From: a virus
Lineage: Duplodnaviria > Caudoviricetes
Reading direction: 5' to 3' (one strand)
Virus record (IMG/VR): IMGVR_UViG_3300029318_000028
Location: 1-37,117 of that record
DNA: 37,117 bases
The position numbers and the translations under genes were made by a program. The notes under the pieces were generated by a model that did not search any database, was not told the DNA's origin, and worked only from the letters and a program-made list of their open reading frames with translations. How positions within the stretch are numbered: position 1 is the stretch's first letter; every line of letters begins with the position of its first letter. Below, piece after piece: positions 35,397 to 37,117 of the stretch.

Positions 35397-35741
35397 TTAC
35401 TGTTGCACCTCCTTCTGGATCTCATCGAGAGTCTTTGGCTCAAACCATCTATCTCTCTCGATACCTAGTCCGAACTGACCTTTAAAGGCTGCTAGTTCGT
35501 TTAAGTCAATGTAGCCTAGCTCCCACTCTGTGATACCAGCAAGACCGAATGCTACGTTTGTATCTGGGTTTAACTCAGTAAGATACCAAGTACCAGCTCC
35601 TGTAGGATTAAACAGTTTGACAATGGCTTTGTCTTTCTGTTGTTTGTGTTCAAGATGGTCTACATTTGCGTTGCTTAACATCATATTTTTTTGATAAGCA
35701 TCGACCAGCTTTTCTCTTTGTTTTGCAGTTAGTAGTTTCAT
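35397..35741 (-). CDS. DUF2958 family protein
   Basis: KLFNP.GAGTWYLTE, AFGL, ELGYI.L.EL and GLGIERD..F motifs; SD AGGAGG. Confidence 0.85.
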   Translation of the reverse strand: MKLLTAKQREKLVDAYQKNMMLSNANVDHLEHKQQKDKAIVKLFNPTGAGTWYLTELNPDTNVAFGLAGITEWELGYIDLNELAAFKGQFGLGIERDRWFEPKTLDEIQKEVQQ

Positions 35742-35760
35742 TTTCGTACCTCCTATAATG

Positions 35761-35788
35761 AATATAGCGACTGATGCTATAATGTCAA
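35761..35788 (-). promoter_or_regulatory. sigma70-type promoter with palindromic spacer (copy 3)
   Basis: TTGACA-TT-ATAGC-ATCAGTC-GCTAT-ATT. Confidence 0.75.
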
Positions 35789-35851
35789 TACCCTGGGAAA
35801 AAAAAATATAAAAAAAGTTGAAATAAAAAAAATAATATAGATATTTATGCT

Positions 35852-36052
35852 ATGACATTAGAACAATACAGAACAAAATATAATTATACATATCAAAAAT
35901 TAGCAGAAGTATTAGGTTTTTCGGATCATTCTAATCCAGCCAGGTTGGTACAGCGATGGTGTCAAGGATTGATACCTAGCTCGACTAACATCAAAAAAAT
36001 TGTCCAGGCTACTGGCAATAAGGTTCGAGTAAATGATTTCTTCCAAGACTAA
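35852..36052 (+). CDS. Cro/XRE-like HTH regulator
   Basis: MTL..YR......Q.LA..LG......V.RW..G..P......I...T...V...DF; divergent from the early operon. Confidence 0.85.
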   Translation: MTLEQYRTKYNYTYQKLAEVLGFSDHSNPARLVQRWCQGLIPSSTNIKKIVQATGNKVRVNDFFQD

Positions 36053-36353
36053 TCCCGATCTTTTAATTTTTAATTGGAAAGATCCCCAGGAAGATGAAAC
36101 AGGCTGGAAAGAATTAAAGGTTAGTTCTATCGGTCTGGCTGATTGTTTCTCTGTGGGTTGGATTATTGACGAAACAGACGACTATTTTGTATTAGCAGCG
36201 GATTTGATTATCAGCAAAGGGAAGATAACAGATACAGGAAGGCGGCAGAGCATATACAAAAGCAGATTAAATATACACAAAAGGATTGATTTTAACATTT
36301 ATGATACAAAAATGGAAGCTGCTAAAACTGGTAAATTCAAGAAAAGAACTTAA
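36033..36353 (+). CDS. hypothetical protein
   Basis: W.D.....GW, C.SVGW......VL..D pattern. Confidence 0.7.
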   Translation: MISSKTNPDLLIFNWKDPQEDETGWKELKVSSIGLADCFSVGWIIDETDDYFVLAADLIISKGKITDTGRRQSIYKSRLNIHKRIDFNIYDTKMEAAKTGKFKKRT

Positions 36354-36954
36354 CGATGCCGCTAGGCGGGTTATGTTTTTTTTATTAGATAGAGAAAATA
36401 ATAAAACCAGAAAACTATATCCTAGTCATGCCAGGTTGGCTGAAGATACTGGATTGCATTCCAGGAGTGTAACCAGGGGTATAAATTGTTTAATTAAATA
36501 TGGTTTTTTACGCAAGGTACGCAGAGGAGCTACTGGCAGAGCTACTGAATATGAGATTAATTACAATGTAACAGTAGACACATTTGTCCAAAGTAGTAGA
36601 CAGATTTGTCCAAAACAGGCGACAGATTTGTCTGACCAATTAACTAATGAATTAACTAATAAATTAACTAAGATTGATAAGACAGATTTGTCTAGTGGTA
36701 TGAAAAAGAACGAAGTAAATAATATATTAAAAAATATAGCAAAGATAACTAATCCAAATTATAGAGCTGTCGTTGATGGTGCTAAAAAGAAATATTTAGA
36801 TCCAGAAGCAATTAGACAGCGATATGTACAAAAGACTGGTAATTACCAGGAGTCATTTAAATGGAAAGAACTGTATTTAAATCCTAAGACTAGCAAAGCT
36901 GCATGGGATTATGCAGTGCATTTAGGTATTGTAAAAGAATTTAAGAAGAAATAA
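36286..36954 (+). CDS. winged-HTH replication initiator (lambda O-like)
   Basis: YPS..RLA.DTG...RSV.R.I..L...G.L and internal iterons; start may be ATG 36301. Confidence 0.8.
   Translation: MILTFMIQKWKLLKLVNSRKELNDAARRVMFFLLDRENNKTRKLYPSHARLAEDTGLHSRSVTRGINCLIKYGFLRKVRRGATGRATEYEINYNVTVDTFVQSSRQICPKQATDLSDQLTNELTNKLTKIDKTDLSSGMKKNEVNNILKNIAKITNPNYRAVVDGAKKKYLDPEAIRQRYVQKTGNYQESFKWKELYLNPKTSKAAWDYAVHLGIVKEFKKK
36577..36692. repeat. putative replication origin: iterons plus AT-rich repeats
   Basis: GACA(C/G)ATTTGTC at 36577, 36599, 36621 and 36681; AATTAACTAA at 36638, 36650 and 36662. Confidence 0.85.
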
Positions 36955-36956
36955 TA

Positions 36957-37117
36957 ATGGTTGGTAGACCAAGTAAAAAAATATATTGTGAAGCCAAAAG
37001 GAAATACGATGGTAAACAATGCCAGGCTAAAGGTATCTTATGTAAGAATGGTCGGTATGTTTGTCGGTATCATGGTGGATTAAGTAATGGAGCTACAAGT
37101 CCAGAAGGGAAACTAAA
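36957..37117 (+). CDS. HGGxSTG-motif protein (often terminase-small-subunit associated), truncated by window end
   Basis: MVGRP...C.AK.....QC.......GR..C.YHGGLSNG..S.EGK; no stop before the end. Confidence 0.75.
   Translation, partial: MVGRPSKKIYCEAKRKYDGKQCQAKGILCKNGRYVCRYHGGLSNGATSPEGKL

Noticed and set aside
36577-36692. Repeats considered as a mini-CRISPR
   Set aside because: 12-bp units with 10-bp gaps inside a coding region; fits iterons, no cas genes

Overview
This is an AT-rich (roughly one-third GC by eye), nearly complete short-tailed dsDNA phage (podovirus) genome. The window begins just upstream of a DNA methyltransferase and ends inside an HGGxS-motif gene, so a short piece is probably missing between the two ends. 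The + strand (about 0.2-30 kb) carries an MT-A70 methyltransferase, terminase, portal, scaffold, major capsid, small Lys-rich proteins, T7/BPP-1-type tail adaptor and nozzle, ejected internal virion proteins, a pesticin-type muramidase, a tail-fibre island, an envelope-protein module and holin-like genes. The - strand (30-35.7 kb) carries early and recombination genes (exonuclease, annealing protein, SSB-like, DUF3310, DUF2958). A Cro-like HTH gene and a lambda O-like initiator with an internal iteron origin follow on the + strand. I see no DNA polymerase, RNA polymerase, integrase, tRNA or CRISPR. By recollection, not by search, the layout resembles marine HTVC010P-type pelagiphages. The most striking observation is a 1170-aa internal virion protein with a ParB/Srx-like domain and a zeta-toxin-like kinase. 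Each region is followed by a small +1-frame gene nested inside the same ORF with its own AAAGGAG ribosome-binding site, a candidate injected-toxin/overprinted-immunity system. Other notable items are a structured RNA upstream of the capsid gene, a shared C-terminal T-hydrophobic-hydrophobic-G motif, strong CCWGG over-representation, a 12-aa Cys peptide and three promoter/operator repeats.
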